Shown here: positions 26,401 through 35,992 of the stretch, piece after piece | Position numbering within the stretch: position 1 is the first letter of the stretch | How the letters are laid out: each line of letters opens with the position of its first letter | Source: Macrostomum hystrix | Lineage: Eukaryota; Animalia; Platyhelminthes | NCBI GenBank assembly: GCA_950097015.1 | Contig: CATNEN010000032.1 | Coordinates: 1,798,001 to 1,862,000, forward strand | Reading direction: 5' to 3' | DNA: 64,000 bases | Translations under genes and position numbers: made by a program | Notes under the pieces: generated by a model | The model's input: the letters and a program-made list of their open reading frames with translations, nothing else | Told to the model about the DNA's origin: nothing | The model's database searches: none

Positions 26401-29400
26401 ATGCTCAGCGGTTAATAGGCCCGAGCGTTCCTGCAATCCCACTGCGGCAAAGTCTGACCGCGCACCTCACCCCGTTTGGTGCCGTCCTCACAGGCTGCCT
26501 CGAAAATACCGACGACTGTAGACCCAGTGGGCTTCTCAACTCTAGTCAACTCATCGCCAACTCACTGCTGTCACAATCACGTCGCGACAACCTTGAATGT
26601 CTGGCCGACCGAATGACCAGCCTCGAGCTGCTCGGCATCGAAAGAGGGGCCGAACAACCCAATCCACGAGGCGACGTTTTGACGAAAGACCTCTTGGACT
26701 CAGCCACACGTGGATCGGACGGTCGTTACTCGGTCGCATTACCCTTCAAGCCTGGAGCGGAGCAACTCCAATCAAACTTCGGACAAGCTTGGGGTCGCGC
26801 TCAGGCTACACACCGTCGTCTTTCACAGGCGGAACGTCAAGAGTACTATGGAGAGTTCGAAAAGCACAAAGCAGAAGGGATCCTGGAAATCGCCGATGAC
26901 ACTAGTCCAAAAGGAAAGATCATCCATGTCCTGCCGCACTTTCCCGTCATCAAAATGTCATCAAAATTTCATCCACATGGGAAGTGGCCATCCCAGACAA
27001 CACCCACACCCACGGACTCCACGATCCTCCAAGGCATCCCACCAGCCCAGAAAAAGGCCAAGAAGACATGCGCTTTCCTGTCTGCATCGAACAGATGCGT
27101 CCCCCCCGCAGGCATGGACATCAACCGCTTCGGCAAACTCAGTGCCCTTCTCGGAACTCTCGCATATGTTATACGTTTCGTCAAGCGAAGAAACCAAGTT
27201 ACCGCGCCAGATGCCTCGGAACGCCAGGCTGCTCTTCACTTGTGGATCAAATGGGTACAGAGAGAGCGCTACGCTGACGCAATCAATGCCATACAGGAAG
27301 GCAGACCAAAAAGCTGCAAGATAGTCGCACAGCTTGACCTCTTCTTGGATGACGAAGGTCTGATCCGCCACAATTCCCGCATGGCAAACGCAACCTTAGA
27401 CGCAGACGCAATCTACCCAATGCTCCTTCCACCCGATCATCATCTCACTCACCTGCTCATACTCTACATCCACAAACGAGATTACCACAGCAGTGCCATA
27501 TCTGTTCTACGGAGCCTTCACGACCGTTTCTGGATTGTCCGTGGTCTCTCCACTGTCCGCTCGAGCCTCCGCCAGCGTCTTCCATGCCGCTTCACGAAGG
27601 GCCGCACACTCCCTCCCCCACAGCACGGCCAGCTACCACCAGAGCGCCTCAACTCATCAGGCCAGTCGTTCAGCTCTCTGCTCGTCGACCAGCTGGGCCC
27701 CGTCTTGACGACCGATACGAAGACCCACACTAACAACAAACGAGGGGCAATGCTCCTCTGTTGCGCCTCAAGCCGCGCGGTCCACCTCGATTACCTCCAT
27801 GTCTATTCTGCGGACTCAGTTCTCCATGCTTTCGAGCGATTCTGGGCCCGCCGGGGACTCACCGAAGCCAGCATCTTCCTAGACCAGGCAACCGCCTTCC
27901 AAGCGGCCGGCAAAATCATCGACTCTCTGCTAACACCAACGTTCCAGCACAAACTCCTAGCTGACCTCCAGCCATTCGCCACTGCTAGACAACTCCACTT
28001 CAAATTCGCACCGGCACGCGCTCCGTGGCACCAAGGAGCCGTCGAGCGACTGGTAGGGATGGTCAAAGCCAGCCTTCGACCCTCACTTTGGCGCCGGCGG
28101 ATCTCGGACGAAGAGTTCCTCACCCTGCTGACAAAGATCGAGGCTGTCTTGAACTCTCGCCCGCTGACATCCTTCTCGAATGACCCTAACGATACGCGCC
28201 CCCTAACGCCAGCCGATCTCATCGCTCCTAGCGCTCGACTTGACTTGCCTGCAGCGCCTGAGCACCTTGTTCCATCTGCTGGGACCACGACCAGCGACCA
28301 ACTACGAGCTCTCTATCGACGCCACGAGCAAATCATTGACTCTTTCTGGGCTCGATGGAACCGCGACTACCTTCATCAACTCCACTCGATCCACTTACAA
28401 CACCGTAGACGGCACGGCGAGCACTCACACCAGCCCCTCGTTGGACAGCTCTACCTCCTCGCCGACCAGACTCCGCGGTCAAACTGGAAGACGTGCCGCG
28501 TCATCGAAGTCCATCCCGACAGTCATGACATCACCCGTTATGTCACTGTCCGAACGAGCACCGGTCACGAGTCCCGCCGTGCCATCACACATCTCGTCCC
28601 TCTCGAGGCCGACATTATCGATTTCCAGACCGCGGCCAACGCCGGCGGGGCTCTAGTTCCACCCGGCTCTGGCAGCAAGGACGATCCGGTACAAACCAAC
28701 CGCGCTCGACGTGCCATGCGACGCTAACTTCTACGTGACTCTCTTTTCAACATTGCGTAACTTCGCCCCCCCCCACCCTGTCGGAAATGCTTCCTCCAGA
28801 AAACCTTCTCGTCGTTTCCTTTGACTCTCCTCTTTAATCTCTTGCTCACCAATCAGTTAATCAGTACGTTTCACTGCACTTTAATTGCTTCGCTTTCTAT
28901 CGTCCTCTTAGCCCATAGACTACGCATCCTGCCCGCCCCTTGTTAACTCAATCGTTGTCTATGTTCTTAATTCCGTGCTCGGTACAGTTCCCCTTTAGCT
29001 GCTTCTAGTGCGCACTAAGCCCACTAGATATTCGGACAAAATGCTTTTCACTTTCTAAATACAAGTTAAATACAAGCAAGGAAATTTTGTCCCAAGCGAC
29101 ACTAGGTCATACTGAGTCAGACTGGGTCAGACTGGGTCAGACTAGGTCAGACTGAGTCAGACTGGGTCAGTCTAGGTCAGACTGAGTCAGGCTAGGTCAG
29201 ACTGAGTCAGACTAGATCAGACTGGGTCAGGCTAGGTCAGACTGAGTCAGACTAGGTCAGACTGAGTCAGGCTAGGTCAGACTGAGTCAGGCTAGGTCAG
29301 ACTGAGTCAGGCTAGGTCAGACTGAGTCAGGCTAGGTCAGACTGAGTCAGGCTAGGTCAGACTGAGTCAGACTAGATCAGACTGGGTCAGGCTAGGTCAG

Positions 29401-31207
29401 ACTGAGTCAGGCTAGGTCAGACTGAGTCAGGCTAGGTCAGACTGAGTCAGGCTAGGTCAGACTGAGTCAGGCTAGGTCAGACTGAGTCAGACTAGATCAG
29501 ACTGGGTCAGGCTAGGTCAGACTGCATCAGAATTGGTCAGGCTGGGTCAGACTGGGTCAGACTGGGTTAGAATAGGGTCAGTCATTTCCGGAGTTGCTAG
29601 TTTTCTTATTATAATTATTTGTAACTTAATTTATAAACATTCTCGTATGTCCCAAAATCAACGAGTAAAGAGACCATTGCCGATCCATGGCCGGACCACT
29701 TGCACTGTTTAAAAAACATATTGTAGTGTGCGAGTGTGTGCTGTAGCCTAGCAACCCCTTAGACTTGAGCAGTTGGTCTCGCAAAGGAAGCAGGCCGGCA
29801 CAGAGACGGGGAGCAGAATGTGCCGGGGTGGTTGGTTCCAATTTCCTATCTCCTCAGAGGCGGCAAAACCTCCCAATTCGTGCCAGGACTGCCAGTTTGC
29901 CGGCTTTGCTTAAAAAGCAACAGCAGCAGCAGCAGTAGCAGTAGGAAAGGCGGCAATGGGAAGGGCTTCTGCTCAGTTACTCAGCAATGCCTGCATTCTT
30001 CTTAACTATGAAATGCTCTCATTGTGCGCATGAGGCAGAGCGTCTCGACTCTGAGTTGAAGAGCCTATCTTAATTATTTTCCTCCTAGTTTCTTAGCCAC
30101 TCAAAAAGCGAGACCGTACTATTCCCTGAAGAGCAAACAGTTTTTCCTTCTCAAAGACAATTAAAAATAGGAAACAGACAGAGACTCTAAATTGGGAATA
30201 GGATTTTCTTACAAGTAGTTAGAAGAGAGAATTAAAAAGACAAGTTGAGGATTATGTGTCGCTGAAAAATGCAATTAAGAGATCGATTAAAAGAATGATT
30301 GAGTGGGAAAATGTTTTTTTGAACATTTTGGAATGGAAAAGAAGCTTTTTTAAATTTACAGACTTGTGGAGAGGCGCGTTAAATGAAAGAGTGAGGTTGG
30401 TGGAGGAGTGAGGTTGGTGGAGGAGTGAGGTTGGTGGAGGAGTGAGGTTGGTGGAGGAGTGAGGTTGGTGGAGGAGTGAGGTTGGGGGAGGAGTGAGGTT
30501 AGTGGAGGAATGGGGTTGGTGGAGGAGTGAGGTTGGTAGAGGAGTGAGGTTGGTAGAGGAGTGAGGTTGGTAGAGGAGTGAGGTTGGTAGAGGAGGGAGG
30601 TTGGTGGAGGAGTGGGGTTGGTGGAGGAGTGAGGTTGGTGGAGGAGGGAGGTTGGTGGAGGAGTGAGGTTGGTGGAGGAGTGAGGTTGGTGGAGGAAGGT
30701 CTGCTTCTACATGAAACTACCAATCAACTCGGCTAACACCTTGATTCGCCAGGCCTGATGCAAGAGGAGGTCCTAGAGCGAATTCTCGCCCAGATCTTCC
30801 CTCTGGGCAACGCGAACACGTTCGCCCACTTTGTGTTCTGCGGCTTCGATCGGGCCAGAACCGGCTCGGTGAGCTTCGAGCAGTTCGCGCTTTGCCTGAA
30901 CACTCTGCTCAAAGGCAGCCGCGAGGAGCGACTCCAGTGGATCTTCAACATGTACGACATCAACAAGGACGGCGAGATCAACCGGCGCGAAGTCTTCGAA
31001 TTGGTCAGCTCCGTCTACGACCTGCTCGGCCACCGGGTCCGTCCGCCGGTGACTTCGGCCACCGTGGAGGATCGAGCAGAGTCCGTGTTTCGCCGTCTGG
31101 ATGTTGACAAAGATGGAGTGATTAGCTGGGAAGACTTCTGCGCCTATTTTCGAGACAATCCTAGCATTTTGAGCAGCATGGACTCGCTACAGACCATGCT
31201 AGCCTGA
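23403..31207 (+). CDS. KCNIP: Kv channel-interacting protein (KChIP, neuronal calcium sensor family); exons 23403(or 23352)-23667 and 30753-31207
   Basis: Exon 1 ends RFSSPELKAIYRRFKTECPYG|gtaag (NCS CPxG motif). Exon 2 cag|GCCTGATG... gives phase-1 join G-L-M-QEEVLERILAQIFPLG...DINKDGEINRRE...DVDKDGVISWED...SILSSMDSLQTMLA*. Confidence 0.92.
24038..24048 (+). promoter_or_regulatory. Primer-binding site complementary to initiator tRNA-Met
   Basis: TGGTAGCAGAG 3 nt after the 5' LTR is complementary to the animal tRNAiMet 3' end CUCUGCUACCA. Confidence 0.85.
24081..28727 (+). CDS. BEL/Pao Gag-protease-(deleted RT/RH)-integrase polyprotein, 1548 aa
   Basis: Gag with FPAFWSSF-type domain and three Cys/His knuckles (CVYCERSGHSSQTC, CLNCLRSHATSNC, CRECRALHHTSLH). 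Protease LIDGGSSFTYI. Integrase D-D-E (LVDQLGP, FLDQATAF, WHQGAVERLVG). C-terminal NWKTCRV...RRAITHLVPLE. No YxDD or RNase H DAS motif. Confidence 0.93.
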   Translation: MKTRSTTSTRGKLGHKSQNRVRPTTYANPTASGLAAPASGLAASASGLAASASGLAAPASGLAAPASGLAASASVLAASASGLAAPASGLAASASGLAASASGLAAPTSGLAAPTSGLATPTSGLAAPTSGLAASASGLATPTSGLAAPTSGLAASASGLAAPTSGLAAPASGLAAPASGLAAPTSGLAAPASGLAAPTSGLAAATSGLTAPTSGLAAPTSGLAAPASSVGSIAFGVSNQQDAVQQLIGAMAQMMQQNQLLVQQLQINQTTSQPAPPTPRPASLFGETVLRNVQLQGFDGEDPASFPAFWSSFTYRIDSSNYTDVDKFEALRGLLAGAALRKLGGLDACQPGAYNQACQILQANYGDLWEQKSTCFRRLLAMPQLCNIDHQSLEEFSDTLRLTVGQLTRLGETSAALDPYVHALWPKLPRALQSDIQDVRCKALQPLIPTMQELQGHLDNKLRAIRASQANYTSAGFAPYAGASLINAATNRSVTSSTPSAGHVHTRAHVPICVYCERSGHSSQTCGVISKPDDRLRIIRSKALCLNCLRSHATSNCSSRNRCRECRALHHTSLHGARFNPPPHVLHVDSTAKANSNLDSTAALPTAFANLKAMNNNTFNTVSCISSTCDELIRPSIMATFSATAVNPTSGGTTRVSVLIDGGSSFTYIKLEVARKLGLRLHRRISLDSSSCHTDSRRRVTADIVELELSTPDGRRLPLRVLATEHIAPPIHIPAVQLPSDILATLQHLPHGIANLPPSQDGELELDLLIGNDYAQRLIGPSVPAIPLRQSLTAHLTPFGAVLTGCLENTDDCRPSGLLNSSQLIANSLLSQSRRDNLECLADRMTSLELLGIERGAEQPNPRGDVLTKDLLDSATRGSDGRYSVALPFKPGAEQLQSNFGQAWGRAQATHRRLSQAERQEYYGEFEKHKAEGILEIADDTSPKGKIIHVLPHFPVIKMSSKFHPHGKWPSQTTPTPTDSTILQGIPPAQKKAKKTCAFLSASNRCVPPAGMDINRFGKLSALLGTLAYVIRFVKRRNQVTAPDASERQAALHLWIKWVQRERYADAINAIQEGRPKSCKIVAQLDLFLDDEGLIRHNSRMANATLDADAIYPMLLPPDHHLTHLLILYIHKRDYHSSAISVLRSLHDRFWIVRGLSTVRSSLRQRLPCRFTKGRTLPPPQHGQLPPERLNSSGQSFSSLLVDQLGPVLTTDTKTHTNNKRGAMLLCCASSRAVHLDYLHVYSADSVLHAFERFWARRGLTEASIFLDQATAFQAAGKIIDSLLTPTFQHKLLADLQPFATARQLHFKFAPARAPWHQGAVERLVGMVKASLRPSLWRRRISDEEFLTLLTKIEAVLNSRPLTSFSNDPNDTRPLTPADLIAPSARLDLPAAPEHLVPSAGTTTSDQLRALYRRHEQIIDSFWARWNRDYLHQLHSIHLQHRRRHGEHSHQPLVGQLYLLADQTPRSNWKTCRVIEVHPDSHDITRYVTVRTSTGHESRRAITHLVPLEADIIDFQTAANAGGALVPPGSGSKDDPVQTNRARRAMRR
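24171..24764 (+). repeat. Coding 21-bp minisatellite in gag (ASGLAAP/TSGLAAP x~28)
   Basis: Unit GCCAGCGGCCTCGCCGCACCT with variants. Confidence 0.97.
29102..29580 (+). repeat. 10-bp minisatellite (CTAGGTCAGA/CTGAGTCAGG variants)
   Basis: Directly visible; related units also occur left of the 5' LTR (23692-23711). Confidence 0.95.
30391..30696 (+). repeat. 17-bp G-rich minisatellite GTGAGGTTGGTGGAGGA
   Basis: Directly visible; ends ~55 bp before the KChIP exon 2 acceptor. Confidence 0.95.
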
Positions 31208-31841
31208 CTGTTGAGTCCAGCTATCCAAGACGCGGCTAGTTTCATTCGAGTCACCTCTTGGGTCACCTGTCAAGGCACCAATGAAATCAGTCATTTTCTT
31301 GAGTCACGTCAAGCATGTCCTGGAGAGGTGGCGACTGTATTCTTGTTGCAGAGAGTGTGCAAAAAAAGTTGGCCCGTTTTGTAAAATTTCATCCGCCAAC
31401 ACACGCTATATTGGCTGCCTGTTGATGATCTTGATGAGCTGTCTGCTTCACCTAGCTCGTAGTTACCACAGACCACTTTAGAATCGCCTCATCATACTCT
31501 CACATTTATTTAATTGTCCTACTCATCATTTACACATTGTGTCTGAGATCTTTGGTCGTTTTTCGTTTTTTAAAACTAATTAATAATAGTTAATTACGCT
31601 GCCGACAAGCCGACAAGCTTAGAAAGACAAAGGTGACAATCACCCCCAGTATTTTGCGTAAAATCTCAACTGAAGAGTAAAAATGTAATGCAGCTTTCGT
31701 CTAGAAACTTCATTAAAGAAATTCAACTCTGGTTTCAGTGAAAACAATTTTTGTCCGACATCAAAGAAGAGCTTTTGCGCAGTAACATTTGTAACATTTT
31801 GTAACATTTGCAAAAATGTAACGATTTAACAAAAGCTGGAA

Positions 31842-32179
31842 GGGTCGGTGGCACAGCGGCTAATGCATTTGCCTCTAAGTTCAATTCCACGGCGAGGCCA
31901 TATTCATTTGGGGCGCAGCCGCGGAGAGAAGGCTTGGGGGCTTGTCGTACAGGACCAACCTCCAAGGCACAGTAAGAGTGTACACTGCCTGACGATGAGA
32001 AAGTCAGGGCAGATGTACACACCTGTGTGAGCGTGTGCCTGCGTACAGTATCTGTGTGCGTGCGTGCTCAGAAGTCAGCGAAATAGGCAGGATTGCCTCC
32101 TCGCTGGCTGCGTGTCTAGTGTCACCAAAGGATGTGCCATTGCCCGCAGCCCTCCTGGAATATAATTATTATTATTATT
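31842..32179 (+). mobile_element. SINE family 2, with shortened tRNA-like head and (ATT)n tail
   Basis: A box TGGCACAGCGG, B-box-like GTTCAATTCC, body matching 17390-17590 in reverse, tail ATTATTATTATT. Confidence 0.75.
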
Positions 32180-33107
32180 GGGACACTCATCTTCAAATCG
32201 AGTCTATTAAAATAAAAAACAGATCAATTCGGAGTGACTCTTTGTACCCAATCACAGCAAAGGTTTTGTACTTTTTGTTCTTACATTGCTGCTAAACATT
32301 CGATCACTACTTCGGGTCGCTGTGACTGTCTATCAGAAGGTTGCTTTTATTGGATTTTGATGAGATGGCACTAAGAGTGTCGCTACCGCAGCACCCGCCG
32401 AGGCAAACCAATCAATCAAGCCAGCTTGTGTGCTTTTCTGTGAAATTCGACCACGGAACTCCACTCCTATATTTGACCTCGCTCAGATTACACGAAAGGG
32501 AGGCGAGCGGCTTCTTTTGTGAGGCCGCATGAAAAGCTTTAATCCCATCTACCAGCGCCTAAGCGCAAGAAAATCTTGAATCTGAGTAGTCTAAAAGGAC
32601 CAGCCGGGTCTTGGTCGATTTTTCATGGATTCGCGGAACGAGAATCGCCAGGATTAATCAGATGCTACTCGAGATTTTATGAACAGAAAGAACTTTTAAA
32701 ATAACTAGCAAATAACGTAGTTATGGTTATTATGAACTTGTTCTGGGTACTACACTAGTACTTGTAGTATTTGACACAACGCTGAATTCCGCAGTGACTA
32801 CTTGTCAGTAATAAGCCTAGCCGTTTAAACACGCAATATTGCCACAGTCTGATTGTTTTCTATCCATGGAAAGATAAATGATGATAATCACGTTTGAGTT
32901 TTTAGATTCATTGTTCAATTCAGTGCTTTGGGTATGAAAAACTTACCGAATAGAAATGCACAGCAACGACCTAGGACACACAGAAGTCCCTAGTCAACGC
33001 AGAAAAAAGTTTAAATTTCAGTTAAAAAATAATGGCTATGCTACTCATAGTTTAAACGGAATCTAACGGCTATACATACGATAGAAGTACGCCCATAAAT
33101 AGTTTGT

Positions 33108-33460
33108 TTAACACCTGCGTCGATGAAACCTGTCGAACGAGTCAGTCAGCGTCAAGGTCTCGGCGTTGTACAGCGAGACGGTCTCGACCACCGACAGCGC
33201 CGCCCTGGCGATCAGGTTGGGCGTCGGACTGCAGGACCGCGCGAGCCCGCGAGGAGCCCACAGCGACGCCGCAGATCTTCGCGAACGTCAGGTACCAGAC
33301 CACCGAGTACCAGACGAACTGCTGAAGCTGCGGAAGCTCCGTTGTCTGCCCGTCAGCGCCTCGGTAGAAAATTTCGGCCTAGATGTCGACGGTAGTGGGC
33401 AGCAGGGCATGCTTATGCGGCTCAGAACCAGTCGGCATAACACTGAAGGAGCTTCACAAT
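33108..33460 (-). pseudogene. Decayed non-LTR retrotransposon (RTE-like) reverse-transcriptase C-terminal fragment
   Basis: Frameshifted pieces ELPQLQQF / LGGLVPDVREDLRRRCG / SVVETVSLYNAETLTLTDS resemble the RTE-type post-YADD region (F.YLG ... VESVLLY..ETWTLT). Confidence 0.65.
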
Positions 33461-33989
33461 GACAGAGCTGATTGAGAGCTGGTTCAGTTCAGCTCAGACT
33501 GCACGTATCGAATAGGAACAGCTTGCACACACCAAGGAGCCGCTTGTCAGCAGCCTGAATACCTGGCAAATTCACTGCACTGCACAATGAGGTCCGCAAA
33601 TTTAATATAGAAGTATTTCCAGATTCAATTGTAAATTCCGAAATCACGTACTTTCGCAGATATATTAACATTTGAAGTTTTTATTTCGGGCTTGTGTTAT
33701 GTCTACGGTAAATCCTGATAAAGTGTGTCCCTTCCAAACGTATTAGAAATATGTGCTGAACATTAATTTAAGTTGGATCCGGTCGCTGAGTGGACTCGCA
33801 GCGATAATGCAGTCTAGCGCCGCAGAGAGCGTGCAAGTGGACGAATTTCTTGAGAGAAATCGATGCAAAATTTTTATCAAGTGCTCAGAGACCGACAATT
33901 TTATTCCGGCATACGACTCACTCAGGGTAAGGATGAATCAGATGCATTAGCTTTAAGCTCATTATCTATTCAGAGAATTTATTCGCCTC

Positions 33990-34495
33990 TATCCAAGTCA
34001 AATATAAAAAAACAAGCTCAGGTGGTAGGCTCGGCTTTGACCGCTGACAAGGCCGGAAGTCCAGCGAACAACTTCAAGTACTTCCTGCAGTTCGCTGTAC
34101 TTCGCCGCGGCGACTTCGTTCGCTGCCTGGCCCAGCTGTTCGAGTTGAGCCTCCGCAAAGAGCAGAGCGCTTGGCTGCTGCTCTGGACTCTGGGCAACGA
34201 TCGGAGATTCTTGGCTAAGCTTAACGCCGACAAGGCCATTGTTCAGGGCGCGCTGATGCACCACGGATTCTGGCTCACCGCCCTAGAGGACGTCGCTCTG
34301 CTAGGCATAGTCGGAGCACAGGCGATGCCGCGGTGGGACAATCTTCTGCCAACGGTGGAGCCGCTGTTAAGAAAACCCCCCGACCGGCTGGTTACCGTCT
34401 GCCTGGCCTGGAGACCCGTGCTGACCAAAGAGACCCGATCGAAGTCGAGAAATTCTAAAACGGTTTTGACCAAGGTCACTAAGGGAGACATCTGA
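33990..34495 (+). other. GC-rich coding-like island, probably a transposon-derived fragment
   Basis: Open frame on + with no recognisable domain, no clear ATG context or splice sites; lies near a LINE fragment. Confidence 0.3.
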
Positions 34496-35992
34496 GATGG
34501 TCACTTCAGATTTGCACAGACGTAACATCTACAGGCTTGATTTTTGTGACAGGAAAATTGGCAAAAATGCAAGGCCGAGTCTGGGCGACAAACAAACTAG
34601 TACTTATTGAATTATAAATGTATGGCACCTAACACTAGTGAATAAGTTGAAAAGATCAATGAAAGAACTGAAAGTTAAATAAAATTCAACACGTGTAATC
34701 CCATCGAACCCGCTAAACTGTCAACAAGAACCCGTGCGACACTGTCCCATCGAGAGAATAGTAGCGAGAATCTCTTTCACACTCTTAAATCCTTAAATGC
34801 TGTTTTTATGTTGGCTTTGTAAAAATCGTCATTTTTTCAACAAGTGAGCCATGCACGTTAAGTTATTGACTACTTAGTGAGTTATTTACTCCTGTTAATG
34901 AGACACTAAATCGATGAATACGAAGCAGGATTTTGATTTTTTTAGTCAACTGTTTGGGCGAGTTATATTTTCCTCCCTATCGTTGTCATCGCATCGCAAT
35001 AGATTGTAATACAATGAGCCATGCATTTCTACTTTGGTGTTAGTGTTGTTAGTAGTTTGAGGCGGGTCAGTGGGACTGAAGACCCTCGCATGGACAACTT
35101 AAGACAAGCAAGAGAGACAGTATTTGTCTGGCTTTTGTATGTAAGAAAGTTCCACTTTTTGCAGCACGCTGTGTGGACTATGGCACAAGCCGAGAAGCGT
35201 ACTTGGCCCCACCTGAGCAAGGGTGGTTCAGCATTAATAGGTCCTATACTCTGTGTGTGCATCCATTTGTTCTGCTGTCATGCATGGCATTACCATGCGA
35301 CAGTAAACCATAAACGGATAAATGGAAAATACTCATTCATACCCTTGAAAGCGTGGCAGCTTTCGCTTTGAAACTTTGGCCGAACAAGTGATTGCAGTTT
35401 ACAAACAAAGCATTGCAGAAAATTGCGATGTCGAAAAACAGGGATAAAAGCAGCAGCATGTTTCAGATTCGGTCAGGTGTAGAGAAATACCTTTATCTGT
35501 GTGTAAGCGCTAAGTGCAATCAAATTTAGCTAAGCATGGCTCTGTCTCTTTAAAGAAAAATCTTTTTTCTGCATTTAGGCAAAAAATAATTTTAAACACA
35601 AGATACCAAAAGTGCAAATTTCTGAATTCTGATACTTCGCTATATACAAGATATCTTGAGGAGCTAATATGTGATTATGAGGAATTAAAATTGTGCATTT
35701 TCATGTTATGGACAACGCCCTCACACCAAAATGCTCTGATTTGTCTCCAGAGTCTAAATCAGTTCTGATTCTCCACTTCCAGTTGATTGAGTTCCTAAAG
35801 AGAAGCAAAAGTCTACAGCTTCAAAACGACTGAAAAACTGTCCTCTTGGATGGTAATTTGAAGCACAGAAGGCGCTCGTCCCCAGCTAATTACATAAAAG
35901 CAGTCTATAATATTGCGCATATTAGGTGCTAGCAGGAAATCTCGTAGTCTTCTATTTCTTAAGACATTCTTCTTCGCAGCGGGGCAGCCCAG

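Larger units (their letters stand above)
23712..29101 (+). mobile_element. BEL/Pao LTR retrotransposon, 5390 bp, non-autonomous (RT core and RNase H deleted)
   Basis: Two 323-bp TG...CA LTRs (23712-24034 and 28779-29101) with no difference seen by eye; 5-bp TSD CTAGG (23707-23711 and 29102-29106); a single gag-pro-int ORF. Confidence 0.97.

Noticed and set aside
33104-33462. Plus-strand ORFs (73-98 aa)
   Set aside because: They are the antisense shadow of the minus-strand LINE RT fragment.
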